From Macrostomum lignano (Eukaryota), in contig NIVC01000056.1 of assembly GCA_002269645.1 (NCBI GenBank), forward strand, positions 1,173,370 to 1,237,369: a DNA stretch of 64,000 bases. Reading direction: 5' to 3'. Below, piece after piece: positions 11,001-23,755 of the stretch. The position numbers and the translations under genes were made by a program. The notes below the pieces were generated by a model. That model was not told where the DNA came from, searched no databases, and saw nothing but the letters and a program-made list of their open reading frames with translations. The stretch's first letter is position 1. Every line of letters starts with the position of its first letter.

Positions 11001-14000
11001 GGCGAATTTGGCAAGCCGATGAGAAGTGGACTCAATTGTGGCTTCGCAGGCGGCGGCTGCACGCTCTGCTCTCTCGGATGCAAAAGTACAAAGTTGAACG
11101 AGAATTCTCGCGCTATGAAGGCGCCCTGCCGGACAATTATAGGCCACTTAGTGACGAGGATGTGGCCAGGGCCTTGAAAGTGAGTGAAGAATTTTCTAAA
11201 TGTTTACATGGTATTGTATTAGATCTGAATCTCAGCTCAGGATCTGAATCTTATAGCTCAGAATCTGAATTTCAAAGCTCAGGGTCTGAGCCTCATAGCT
11301 TGGGATCTGAATCTCATAGCTTAGGATCTGAATCTCATAGCTTAGGATCTGAATCTCATAGCTTGGGATCTGTAAAATCTCATAGCTTAGGATCTGAATC
11401 TCGTAGCTTAGGATCTGAATCTCATAGCTTGGGATCTGAATCTCATAGCTTGGGATCTGAATCTCATAGCTTGGGATCTGAATCTCATAGCTTGGGATCT
11501 GAATCTCATAGCTTGGGATCTGAATCTCATAGCTTGGGATCTGAGTCTCATAGCTTAGGATCTGAATCTCATAGCTTAGGATCTGAATCTCATAGCTTGG
11601 GATATGTAAAATCTCATAGCTTAGGATCTGAATCTCGTAGCTTAGGATCTGAATCTCATGGCTTAGGATCTGAATCTCGTAGCTTAGGATCTGAATCTCA
11701 TGGCTTAGGATCTGAATCTCATAGCTTAGGATCTGAATCTCATAGCTTAGGATCTGAATCTCATGGCTTAGGATCTGTAAAATCTCATAGCTTAGGATCT
11801 GAATCTCGTAGCTTAGGATCTGAATCTCATAGCTTAGGATCTGAATCTCATAGCTTGGGATCTGTAAAATCTCATAGCTTAGGATCTGAATCTCATAGCT
11901 TAGGATCTAATTCTCATAGCTTAGGATCTGAATCCCATAGCTTAGGATCTAATTCTCATAGCTTAGGATCTGAGTCTCATAGCTCAGGATCTGCATCTCA
12001 TAACTTGGGATCTGAATCTCATAGCTTAGAATCTAAATCTCAGCTCAGGATCTGAATCTCATAGCTTGGGATCTGAATCTCATAGCTTGGGATCTGAATC
12101 TCATAGCTTGGGATCTGAATCTCATAGCTTGGGATCTGAATCTCATAGCTCAGTATCTGAATATCATAGCTCAGTATCTGAATCTCATAGCTCAGGTTCT
12201 GAATCTCATAGCCCAGGGTCTGAATCTCATAGCTCAGGGTCTGAATCTCATAGCTCAGGATCTGAATCTCATAGCTCAGGATCTGAATCTCATAGCTCAG
12301 GATCTGAATCTCATAGCTCAGGTTCTGAATCTCATAGCCCAGGGTCTGAATCTCATAGCTTTTGGTCTGAATCTCATAGCCCAGGGTCTGAATCTCATAG
12401 CTTTTGGTCTGAATCTCATAGCTCAGGATCTGAATTTCATAGCTTTTGGTCTGAATCTCATAGCCCAGGGTCTGAATCTCATAGCTCAGGATCTGAATTT
12501 CATAGCTTTTGGTCTGAATCTCATAGCTCAGGATCTGAATCTCATAGCTTTTGGTCTGAATCTCATAGCTCAGGATCTGAATTTCATAGCTTAGGATTTG
12601 AATCTCATAGCTCAGGATCTGAATCTCAGCTCAGAATCTGGATCTCATAGCTCAGGATCTGAATCTCATAGTTCAGGATCTGAATCTCTTGGCTCAGGAT
12701 CTGAATCTCATAGCTTAGGGTTATAATTAAACTAGGCAGCTATGGCACGTGATATTCCAATTATGTATCAATCTGAACTCTCACAGGTGACCAGCCTAGA
12801 AGAGCTTGATGACGTCTATCAGCATTTTCTATTATACTACGGCCGCGACATGCAGGCTATGCACGAATACTTCGACGAGCTGCAGCAGCAGCAGGCTACT
12901 CAACAGCAGCAGCAGGCTCGGCGCAATCAGTTACGTCGTCAGGCCAATACTAGGCCTCAGTATCGGCTGTGTCTGGAGGCTAGGTAATTGAAATGCCCAT
13001 TTTTATAGTTGTATTAGCACCCCTGTACGAAGCGTGAAATAATCGCCCTTGAAATAGGCATTGAAACCCTGTATATACCTTGAACTAATCGCCCTGTACA
13101 TACATTGAGCTCATCGCCTCGTACATTCATTGAAATAATCGCTCTGTACGTACATTGAACTGATCGCCCTGTACACATTTCACCTGTACTTATCGCGTTC
13201 ACACGAAAGAATTTCTATTTAAACGCATTAAAATAATCTTTCATGTGCTCGCCTTAAGTACCTTACCTCATATCCCTTAATTCTCAGACTCGTTGGCCTT
13301 GCCCGTCGCTGGGGCCTCACTCCGGAACAATTTGCCGACAATCTCAAGGAGCAATTCTCTCGACACGAGGTCGATCAGTGCATGCTGGATCCCCTGGAAG
13401 CTGCCAGGGAATTTGTGTCCGAACGATTCCCAACGCCTGAGGACGCACTTGACGGGGCTCGGCTTGTTGTAGCCACTCAGATTGCCGCGGACCCTACGGT
13501 GCGCTCTGTTTCAACTTTAGGGTGTTCTGAGTTGGTTTCTATCACTTTATGGTGCTTTGAGTTGGTGTCTAACACATCCTATAGTGTTCTGAGTTGGTGT
13601 CTAACACTTTAGGGTGTTCTGAGTTTGTGTTTAGCACTTTATGGTGCTTTGAGTTGGTGTCTAACACATTCTATAGTGTTCTGAGTTGGTGTCTAACACA
13701 TTCTATAGTGTTCTGAGTTGGTGTCTCCCTAGAGACAGACAATGCAAATTAAATGAGATTATAATATATTATATTTTTTGCAGAAAAATGCGCTTTTACT
13801 GCATTATATGGTTGTAATGCATTTTAAAGCATTTATAATCCATTATAAACAGCATAATGTATTCAAAATGCATTATTCTGCAAAAAATATAATATATTAT
13901 AATCTCATTTAATTTGCATTGTCAGTCTCCAGGGCTAACACATTCTATAGTGTTGAGTTGGTGTCTAACACACTCTATAGTGTTCTGAGTTGGTGTCTAA

Positions 14001-17000
14001 CACATTCTATAATGTTCTGAGTTGGTGTCTAACACATTCTATAGTGTTCTGAGTTGGTGTCTAACACATTCTATAGTGTTCTGAGTTGGTGTCTAACACT
14101 TTAGGGTGTTCTGAGTTGGTGTCTAACACATTCTATAATGTTCTGAGTTGGTGTCTAACGCATTCTATAATGTTCTGAGTTGGTGTCTAACGCATTCTAT
14201 AATGTTCTGAGTTGGTGTCTAACACATCCCGCATCCAATTTTACAGGTGAGACAGATCGTACGCAGGCGCTTTTTCTCATCCGCCAAGTTGACCGTGCGG
14301 CCAACTAAAAAAGGCCAACGGGAAATAGACGAAAGCCACCATTTATATCCGTACAAGTACCTAACCAACAAGGAGGTTGATAGTATCCATGGCGACGCGT
14401 TTCTAAAAATTCAACAAGGCCAAAAAGATGGGTTAGTGACCTACGAGCTGCATATGGACGATAAGCCTACTAGGCGACAGCGAGTGGACATTGTCACCTA
14501 TTCGTCCGAGGCCAAGCAGTACTTCTATCGGGACGAGTACAGCGCCCTCGCTCGGGCCTGGAATGCTCAACGATTTCAAGCTTTAGATTATGCGCTCGAG
14601 AAACTGCTCTATCCCACTTTGCGCCGCCAACTGGAGGGAAGAATTATTCAAGAGGCTGGAGATGGTTAGTCTTTATTGGCTTGATATTATTCTCCACGTC
14701 TGCGTGTTCCTGGCATCTAAGTGTTCTTTCTTAGAATTTGAGTGTTCTTTCTTAGAATCCTGTAGTTATTTCTTAGAATTTAAGTGCTCTTGCTTAGAAT
14801 TCGAGGGTTTTTTCTTAGAATCGAAGTGTTGCTTCTTACAATTTAAGTGTTCTTTTTTAGAATTTGTGTTTTTTTCTTAGAATTAAAGTGTTCTTTCTTA
14901 GAATTTTAGTGTTCTTTTTAAAAAAAGTCAGCTTTCTTAGAATATAAGTTTAAGAGTACTCGTATAAGTTCTTACAACCTATTTCTCATTTCTTGAAATT
15001 CACTTGTACTTTCTTAGAATCAAAGTGTACTTTTTTAGAATACATGTTCCCTATCTTAGAATTTGAGCATTTTTTTCATTCCCTGTTCCACTTGAACCTT
15101 CAAGATTATACTAGCGTTGTACTAGCAAATGTTAAAAGTCGAATAGTTAGAAGTCAGGCCAATCCTCATTACACAACAGAGCTTTCCCAAACACCAATCC
15201 ACAGGCATCAGCCGGTCGTGCAGCCTAAAGATTAGCAATTGGCTCAAGTTCGCGCCCTACCCGGCTGGCGGCCTGGATGGCGCCGGCGGCGAGCACAGGC
15301 ATCGAGCCGACTCGTCGAGTCGTAGACGCGACAGGCTCGCTAGAGTTATGGGCGTAGCCTACAGCACAGATAGAGAGATTGCAGCCTACGCTTCGGTTAT
15401 TAATTCAAACGGCGAAGTGCTGGATTTCTTGAGGCTGCCGTTCCTGCTGGCTAATAAGAAATCGCAACGCGAGGAAACTGCGAAGAATAAGGTATGAACT
15501 AGACAGAAATTATGTACTTGTTTATAGTATTCCGCATTATTTAAATTAATTTTTTTAAAAAAACACAATGTTCGTTATAGTCTACTGTTTTGGTCATCAT
15601 GTAAGTAGTCAAGTAGCGAATTTTAAAGCTATAATTTAACAAAAAAGTGATCTTTCACTGCCAGGCTCGCGAGCTTCACCTCATCAAGAAGCTAATCGCC
15701 AAGCATCGCCCAGACGTTATCGCTGTTGGCACCGAGTCCAAAGAGGCCCTGACTATTCAGCAGGAGCTTCGCGAACTCGCCCAGGAACTCCTAGCCGAGG
15801 GCTTAGCAACTAACTCGAGCGTCCATCTGGTTGACAACGAGCCGGCCCGAGTGTTTGAGAAATCCCGGCGCGCCGAGAAAGAATTGCCAACTTATCCAGA
15901 AATTCTGCGACAGAGCGTCTCGGTTGCTAGGCGACTGCAGGATCCCCTAGTGGAGCTGGCCGGCTTGGTTAATGCCGATGAGGATATCCTGTGCTTGAGG
16001 ATGCATCCTATGCAGGTTGGTTGCTATAAAGCTTTGCTCTTATGCCCCCAGTTGCTCGGCCAGCCTCCCAGCTCCCCAGTTGCTGGGCCAGCCTCCCAGC
16101 TCCCCAGTTGCTGGACCAGCCTCCCAGCTCCCCAGTTGCTGGGCCAGCCTCCCAGATCCTCAGTTGCTGGGCCAGCCTCCCAGCTCCCCAGTTGCTGGGC
16201 CAGCCTTCCAGCTCCCCAGTTGCTGGGCCAGCCTTCCAGCTCCCCAGTTGCTGGGCCAGCCTTCCAGCTCCCCAGTTGCTGGGCCAGCCTTCCAGCTCCC
16301 CAGTTGCTGGGCCAGCCTTCCAGCTCCCCAGTTGCTGGGCCAGCCTTCCAGATCCAGGTAAGTTATTGGACAGAATAGAAGTCACGTGACTGCTCTCAGC
16401 CAATAGCGACTTACATGTGTGTGTTGCCAATAGAAACGGCCGGGTGATTACCAAGGTTGCGCTTGTATGGCCATTGCCATCCCTACATCTCACTCACATT
16501 TCTGTCCTTTTGGCTCCATTCTCAAAACGACCTCTATATATTTTAGATTCTGAGATTCCCTTCGGTTGTTTAGACTGCACCACAAGATTTCCCATAATTA
16601 CACCTTATTGGAACCTCAGGTCAGCTGAAATCCTCAATCCATTCAATCCCAGGACGCGGTGCCCCGCGACCAGCTGCTATCGGCCCTGACCCTGGAATTC
16701 GTCAACAAAGTAAACGAAGTCGGTGTTGACGTGAACCGCTGCGTAGACTTGCCAAACTACGCCGCCCTGCTGCAATTCGTATGCGGACTGGGGCCTCGAA
16801 AAGCTGGCGATATTGTTAGCAAGCTGCGCTACTCCGGCCAGCGGCTGCACAATCGGGTGCCGCAGATTATCGACCTACTGCGGATGGGTCCCGTTGTGTT
16901 CATCAACAGCGCCGGTTTCATACGCATCGACACTGAGGCGGTTGAGAACGAAGCGCCGCACGCTCAGACAGACATACTCGACGCTACCCGAGTGCATCCG

Positions 17001-20000
17001 GAGTCCTACGAGCTGGCTAGAAAGATCGCTATGGATGCCGTTGATGCCGACGATGCTGCTGACGACGAGGAGGCTGCCAAATCTGCTCTGCTGGAAGTGA
17101 TGGAGCATCCGGACAGGCTGAAGGAGCTGGATATTGATGCGTTTGCCGAGGAGTTGAAGCGACAGGTTGGAAACTTGTTTTCTGGTTGGACTTTCGGGGT
17201 CATCTGGTTCAGGGTTTGGGTCAGCTGGTTCAGCGTTTAGGTCAGCTGGTTCAGCGTTTGGGTCAGCTGGTTTAGGGTTTGGGTCAGCTGGTTCAGGGTT
17301 TGGGTCAGCTGGTTTAGGGTTTGGGTCAGCTGGTTCAGGGTTTGGGTCAGCTGGTTCAGGGTTTGGGTCAGCTGGTTAAGGGTTTGGGTCAGCTGGTTCA
17401 GGGTTTGGGTCAGCTTGTTCTAGGTTTGGGTCAGCTGGTTAAGGGTTTGGGTCATCTGGTTCAGGGTTTGGGGCAGCTGGTTCAGGGTTTGGGTCAGCTG
17501 GTTCAGGGTTTAAGTCATCTGGTTCAGGAGTTGGGTCAACTGGTTATTTTCAGCCGGTTAAATGGTTAGGCAAGATTCGGGTCACCTGTGCACAAATCAA
17601 GGTCAACTATTTCTCGCCCACCCCAGGAGTACGGCGAGAAGCACATAACCCTGTACGACATTCGCAACGAGCTGTGCCAACCCTACAAAGATCTTCGAAT
17701 TGAATATTCTCCGCCAAATTCCGAGGAGCGTTTCAACCTGGTCACCAGGGAGACTCCAGACACGTTCTACATCGGCAAGCTGGTAGACTGCACCGTGATG
17801 GGTTTCGCGCGCAGGCGGCCGAAACCGGACCAATTGGAAAATGCCAACCCTATTCGCAATGAGGAGACGGGCAATTGGGTCTGCCCGTTCTGCGGCCTGT
17901 CCAATTTTGTGGAAGTCAACCAAGTCTGGTCGCATTTCGATGGTCAGTCGTGTGAGGGCGAACCAGTAGGAGTTCGAGTGCAGCTCGACAACGGATTGTC
18001 TGGATTTATTGGCACCAGGAATCTGTCGGATAAGTCGGTTGTTAATCCTACCGAGCGAGTGGCCGTGGGCCAGCAACTGCACGCCAGGATTATGAAGATT
18101 GATATTGAAAATTTTCGAGTAGATTTAACTAGTAGAAGCTCGGATCTGAAGGATACGGCGTTTAAGTGGAAACCGCCTAGGGACGCTTGCTTTGATGAAG
18201 ATGCTGAGGCTGTCGACCTGCAGGTGAGTTGCGGGCGCTGAAACCCGTGGAAATGTCATTCCAGATATTTATTCCAAAATACCCCAATAAATTTCTCGAA
18301 TATACCAATAAGCTCGTGGACTTGTTTAAAATACCCAATTAGATTCCTTTAAAATACCCCATCAGTTTCCTTTATAATACCCAATTAGATTCCTATAAAA
18401 GACCCCATCAGATTCCTTTAAAATACTTCATTAGATTCCTTTAAAATACCCCATTAGATTCCTTTCAAATGCTCCATCAGATTCCTTTAAAATACCTTTT
18501 TAGCCTCCTATAAAATACCTCATTAGATTCCTTTAAAATACCCCATTAGATTCCTTTCAAATGCTCCATCAGATTCCTTTGAAATACCTTTTTAGCCTCC
18601 TATAAAATACCTCATTAGATTCCTTTAAAATACCCCATTAGATTCCTTTAAAATACCTCATTAGATTCCTTTAAAATACCCATTAGATTCCTTTAAAATA
18701 CCCATTAGATTCCTTTAAAATACCCATTAGATTCATTTAAAATACGCTATTAGATTCCTTTAAAATACCCATTAGATTCCTTTAAAATACCCCATTAGAT
18801 TCCTTAAAAATATTCCATTAGATTCCTTTAAAATACCTCATTACATTCCTTTAAAATACCCATTAGATTCCTTTAAAATACCCATTAGATTCCTTTAAAA
18901 TACCCATTAGATTCCTTTAAAATACCCCATTAGATTCCTTAAAAATATTCCATTAGATTCCTTTAAAATACCTCATTACATTCCTTTAAAATACCCATTA
19001 GAATCCTTTAAAATACCCCATTAGATTCTTTTAAAATACCCAATTAGATTCCTATAAAAGACCATCAGATTCCTTTAAAATACTTATATTATATACTATA
19101 TTAAAGACATTTAATACTATATTTAAAATACTATATTAAAGAATCCTCTATAGTACACTATTCGATCACTGTAAGTATGTTGGCAATAACCTTGCAAAGT
19201 TAAGCACAATTGGCTGCGGTTAGTACACAGGTTCTACAATACCATCTCAATTTAGCTTCACAATAATCCTACAAAATATTTTCAGTCCGAGGAGGACAAG
19301 CGCAAGGAGACCAGGCCAACCTACGTGAAACGGGTGATCGATCATCCGAATTTTCACAACGTCACGTATCGCGACTGCGCCAAACTGATGCACAGCTTGG
19401 ACCTTGGCGATGCCGTGTTCCGGCCCAGTTCTAAAGGCACCGATCGGCTGACGCTGACCTGGAAGATTGAAGACGGCATTATTCAACACGTTGAAGTGCA
19501 AGAACGAAATAAGCAGAACGATTTCTCTTTGGGCAAGACGCTCCTTATTGAGGTTGGTGCTTCATTTAAAATGAACTGTGACTGTTGGGTCACTGTTGAG
19601 TCACTAGCGCATCATGAGTTGCAGAATCGTAAAATAGTCTCGGAAAGAGTTGTCCAGATTGACGCAGATTCGCTTTAGACGCAACTCAGTGATTCTAAGA
19701 GTCTAGAGTCACTTCTTTTCTATTTTACCTGTGCTACCTGCCACGACTCTGAAACTACTATGGGACGCTTCTTGGCTTCTACCTCTTTACCTACCTCTCT
19801 ACCTACCCCTTTACCTACCTCTCTACCTACCCCTTTACCTACATCTCTACCTACCCCTTTACCTACCTCTCTACCTATCCCTTTACCTACATCTCTACCT
19901 ACCCCTTTACCTACCTCTCTACCTACCCCTTTACCTTCCTCTTTACCTATCCCTTTACCTACATCTCTACCTACCCCTTTACCTACCTCTCTACCTATCC

Positions 20001-20903
20001 CTTTACCTACATCTCTACCTACCCCTTTACCTACCTCTCTACCTACCCCTTTACCTACCTCTCTACCTACCCCTTTACCTACCTCTTTACCTATCCCTTT
20101 ACCTACATCTCTACCTACCCCTTTACCTACCTCTCTACCTATCCCTTTACCTACATCTCTACCTACCCCTTTACCTACCTCTCTACCTACCCCTTTACCT
20201 ACCTCTCTACCTACCCCTTTACCTACCTCTTTACCTATCCCTTTACCTACCCATTTATCTACCCCTTTACCTTCCTATTTACCTACCCCTTTACCTTCCT
20301 ATTTACCTACCCCTTTGCCTACCTCTTTACCTATCCCTTTACGTACCCATTTATCTACCCCTTTACCTTCCTATTTACCTACCCCTTTGCCTACCTCTTT
20401 ACCTATCCCTTTACCTACCCATTTATCTACCCCTTTACCTTCCTATTTACCCACCCCTTTACCTACTACAGGGCGAAGAATTCGAAGATCTAGACGAAAT
20501 AATCGCCCGCTATGTGCAGCCAATGGCGGCCTACATTCGCGACATCAGCATGCACAAGTATTACGTCAGGCCGGCGCCTGGCGCCTCCGGCGTCGCAGCT
20601 ATCGACGACAGTTTGCGCCAAGCTAAACAGGCCAGGCCAACTACCATTCCCTACAGTCTGTCGGCTGTGACCAATATGCCTGGCAAATTTCTATTGGCCT
20701 ACCTGCCTAGGAGTAATGTACACCGCGAGTACATCACTGTGCGGCCTGGCGGGCTGCGCTATAGGGGCAGGCAGTTTGCCAGCTTGAATCAGTTGTTAGC
20801 CTGGTTTAAGCAGCACTATAGAGAGCCGCCGCCTAGCGCTGCTAATGCGCCCGGTTCGGCCCTGATGACCCCGGCTGGCTCTGTGATTTCGGCTAGAATG
20901 TGA
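8077..20903 (+). CDS. SPT6: Transcription elongation factor/histone chaperone SPT6, 12 exons, 1694 aa
   Basis: Exons inferred by hand, all GT-AG and frame-consistent (5085 nt): 8077-8956, 9820-10400, 10829-11179, 12787-12983, 13288-13498, 14247-14664, 15205-15491, 15665-16015, 16653-17165, 17627-18223, 19286-19552, 20472-20903. Hallmarks: acidic N-terminus, [32 protein letters not shown], YqgF-region [14 protein letters not shown], Hh[37 protein letters not shown]1 with CPFC insert, tandem SH2 KRVIDHPNF / [21 protein letters not shown] at 20921. Confidence 0.96.
8965..9755. repeat. SPT6 intron 1 minisatellite, ~16-bp unit (cactggggcagacagr) with variants
   Basis: Direct inspection; source of the spurious [15 protein letters not shown] ORFs. 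Confidence 0.95.
10497..10715. repeat. SPT6 intron 2 minisatellite, 33-bp unit (gagcgattccctatgacccactcttatctatct), ~6.5 copies
   Basis: Direct inspection. Confidence 0.95.
11220..12720. repeat. SPT6 intron 3 minisatellite, 21-bp unit (ggatctgaatctcatagcttr), ~70 copies
   Basis: Direct inspection; source of the GSESHSL ORFs. Variants are spatially clustered. Confidence 0.95.
13035..13190. repeat. SPT6 intron 4 degenerate ~25-bp repeat (ttgaactaatcgccctgtacataca)
   Basis: About 6 degenerate copies seen. Confidence 0.75.
13505..14228. repeat. SPT6 intron 5 minisatellite, 30/32-bp unit (gagttggtgtctaacacattctatagtgttct), interrupted by a MITE
   Basis: Direct inspection. Confidence 0.95.
13727..13934. 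mobile_element. 208-bp MITE with ~58-bp terminal inverted repeats (CCC...GGG ends), apparent 2-bp TSD (CT)
   Basis: ccctagagacagacaatgcaaattaaatgagattataatatattatattttttgcagaa vs the reverse complement of ttctgcaaaaaatataatatattataatctcatttaatttgcattgtcagtctccaggg (2 mismatches). The host repeat gtgtCTaacac is split as gtgtCT[element]CTaacac. Confidence 0.88.
14715..15065. repeat. SPT6 intron 6 degenerate ~21-22-bp repeat (ttcttagaatttaagtgttct)
   Basis: Direct inspection. Confidence 0.8.
16044..16335. repeat. SPT6 intron 8 minisatellite, 28-bp unit (gccagcctyccagctccccagttgctgg), ~10 copies
   Basis: Direct inspection. Confidence 0.95.
16380..16468. mobile_element. Truncated copy (right arm) of the MITE at 34580-34747
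   Basis: cgacttacatgtgtgtgttgccaatagaaacggccgggtgattaccaaggttgcgcttgtatg matches caacttatatgtatgtgttgccaatagaaacagccaggtgattcccaaagttgcgcatttatg. Confidence 0.75.
17205..17545. repeat. SPT6 intron 9 minisatellite, 21-bp unit (gggtcagctggttcagggttt), ~16 copies
   Basis: Direct inspection. Confidence 0.95.
18320..19085. repeat. SPT6 intron 10 minisatellite, 22-23-bp unit (cattagattcctttaaaatacc)
   Basis: Direct inspection. Confidence 0.95.
19776..20468. repeat. SPT6 intron 11 minisatellite, 12-bp unit arranged as 24-bp dimers (ctacctacccctttacctacctct)
   Basis: Direct inspection; runs up to the 3' splice site at 20471. Confidence 0.95.
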
Positions 20904-21184
20904 CACCTGTTTAATTCATTAATAAACTCAACTAAATTGTACTTTGTTTAGCGTTCATCAATCTGAGGATTTATTTGTTGCTGCCTGTGTGTGTTTTTTA
21001 ATTTGTTTTTATAGTCGTAGTTTGGTTGTACTTTTGTTGCCCTTTTTTATACAGAAGCTTTGGGAGCATTGAATCAAACAATTCACCTTTATTGTTTGTA
21101 ACAAGGTTCCGACCTTGAAATCATCTAGGGTCCTTGGGTCATTCAAGGTCAAGTAAAGTGGGAGATTTAGTGTATGATTTGAGA

Positions 21185-22175
21185 GTGGGGTCATCAAGTG
21201 GGGTCATTCAAGGTCAAGTCAAGTGCCAGGTCTAGGTGTATGCTTTGAGAACGGGGTCATTCAAGGACAAGTCAAGTGGCAGGTCTAGGTGTATGATTTG
21301 AGAACGGGGTCATTCAAGGACAAGTCAAGTGGCAGGTCTAGGTGTATGATTTGAGAACGGGGTCATTCAAGGTCAAGTCAAGTGGCAGGTCTAGGTGTAT
21401 GATTTGAGAACGGGGTCATTCAAGGACAAGTCAAGTGGCAGGTCTAGGTGTATGATTTAAGAACGGGGTCATTCAAGGTCAAGTCAAGTGGCAGGTCTAG
21501 GTGTATGATTTGAGAACGGGGTCATTCAAGGACAAGTCAAGTGGCAGGTCTAGGTGTATGATTTGAGAACGGGGTCATTCAAGGACAAGTCAAGTGGCAG
21601 GTCTAGGTGTATGATTTGAGAACGGGTTCATTCAAGGTCAAGTCAAGTGGCAGGTCTAGGTGTATGATTTGAGAACGGGGTCATTCAAGGACAAGTCAAG
21701 TGGCAGGTCTAGGTGTATGATTTGAGAACGGGGTCATTCAAGGACAAGTCAAGTGGCAGGTCTAGGTGTATGATTTAAGAACGGGGTCATTCAAGGTCAA
21801 GTCAAGTGGCAGGTCTAGGTGTATGATTTGAGAACGGGGTCATTCAAGGACAAGTCAAGTGGCAGGTCTAGGTGTATGATTTAAGAACGGGGTCATTCAA
21901 GGACAAGTCAAGTGGCAGGTCTAGGTGTATGATTTGAGAACGGGGTCATTCAAGGACAAGTCAAGTGGCAGGTCTAGGTGTATGATTTGGGAACGGGGTC
22001 ATTCAAGGACAAGTCAAGTGGCAGGTCTAGGTGTATGATTTGAGAACGGGGTCATTCAAGGACAAGCCAAGTGGCAGGTCTAGGTGTATGATTTAAGAAC
22101 GGGGTCATTCAAGGACAAGTCAAGTGGCAGGTCTAGGTGTATGATTTGAGAACGGGGTCATTCAAGGTCAAGTCT
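21185..22175. repeat. Intergenic minisatellite, 53-bp unit (ggggtcattcaaggacaagtcaagtggcaggtctaggtgtatgatttgagaac), ~18 copies
   Basis: Period measured from 21253 to 21306. Confidence 0.95.
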
Positions 22176-22879
22176 AAATCGAAATTTTCCGAATGCAAAA
22201 ATTTCCAATCCCAAATGTCAATGGGTCATTTAAGGTCAAATGACTTTTTATTTTAACCACGTTGCCTGCCTTAACTCTTCAAATAAAATTACAAAAAACT
22301 CAATAAACCTCGCTGCGTCCTTATTGGTGGGCAAAGTGTAACATTTTCGTTATCATAGTGTAATATTTGTACTTTTCTCTTCCTAATTAATAAATTTGGC
22401 CAGCATTTGCGCTCAGTCAATTCTACTAGAATCCTTATTACTATAAGCATGAAAAATTCAATACGAAAGCAAAACTTGAGCTCTGTTAAAGCAAGTTCCC
22501 TATTAAAGTGCATTACAACAGTACAACAACACTGAAAGTAATTATAAATTTGTGTAATTTTGTATGCCTTGCGTCATTCTTTCTCGATTTTGGTGTTCTG
22601 TACAAAAAAACTCGATAAAATAAAAACACAAGTTTTCTGCTGCTATTCTAATTACTATTATTCCAATTAAGGAATTTTGAGTAGTCGGTGGTTCTCATTT
22701 TTTATGCTATCAGTGTACGAGCATAAGTTTATTCGGTCAACTATTATATTTAATAAATCCGTTTATCACATGCTTCTACTTCTACTTGGCTTTCAGTTAT
22801 CAGTAGCAAGTTTCGAACATTTCAAGTATATTTTGGACGGTTCATCCTTACATCATCTTCAGGTTCATCTCTATGCTAT

Positions 22880-23755
22880 GGTGTGGGGCTGATGCTATGG
22901 TGTGGGGCTGATGCTATGGTGTGGGGCTGATGCTGTGGTGCGGGACTACTATGGTGCGGGACTACTATGGTGCGGGACTACTATAGTGTGGGACTGCTGT
23001 GGTGTGGGACTTCTGTGATGTGGGACTTCTGTGATGTGGGACTGCTTCTGTTGTGCGGGACTGCTTCTGTGGTACGGGACTGCTTCTGTGGTGCGGGACT
23101 GCTTCTGTGGTGCGGGACTGCTGTGGTGCGGGACTGCTGTGGTGCGGGACTGCTTCTGTGGTGCGGGACTGCTTCTATGGTGCGGGACTGCTTCTGTGGT
23201 GCGGGACTGCTTCTGTTGTGCGGGACTGCTTCTATGGTGCGGGACTGCTGTGGTGCGGGACTGCTGTGGTGCGGGACTGCTTCTGTGGTGCGGGACTGCT
23301 TCTGTGGTGCGGGACTGCTTCTGTGGTGCGGGACTGCTTCTGTGGTGCGGGACTGCTGTGGTGCGGGACTTCTGTGGTGCGGGACTGCTTCTGTGGTGCG
23401 GGACCTCTGTTGTGCGGGACTGCTGTGGTGCGGGACTGCTGTGGTGCGGGACTTCTGTGGTGCGGGACCTCTGTTGTGCGGGACCTCTGTTGTGCGGGAC
23501 TGCTGTGGTGCGGGACTGCTGTGGTGCGGGACTTCTGTGGTGCGGGACTGCTGTGGTGCGGGACTGCTGTGGTGCGGGACTGCTGTGGTGCGGGACTGCT
23601 AACCTGTGGTGCGGGACTGCTTCTGTGGTGTGGGACTGCTTCTGTGGTGCGGGACTGCTGTGGTGCGGGACTGCTTCTATGGTGCGGGACTGCTGTGGTG
23701 CGGGACTGCTTCTGTGGTGCGGGACTGCTGTGGTGCGGGACTGCTAACCTGTGGT
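22880..23755. repeat. Intergenic minisatellite of interspersed 16-bp (gtggtgcgggactgct) and 19-bp (+tct) units
   Basis: Direct inspection; source of the CGAGLLWCGT ORFs in all three frames. Confidence 0.95.

Noticed and set aside
17205-17545. Telomere-like origin of the intron 9 repeat (ttagggtttggg)
   Set aside because: TTAGGG occurs only in a few variant units; the consensus 21-mer is not telomeric.
21185-23755. CRISPR-like appearance of the short tandem repeats
   Set aside because: No unique spacers, no cas genes, eukaryotic context.
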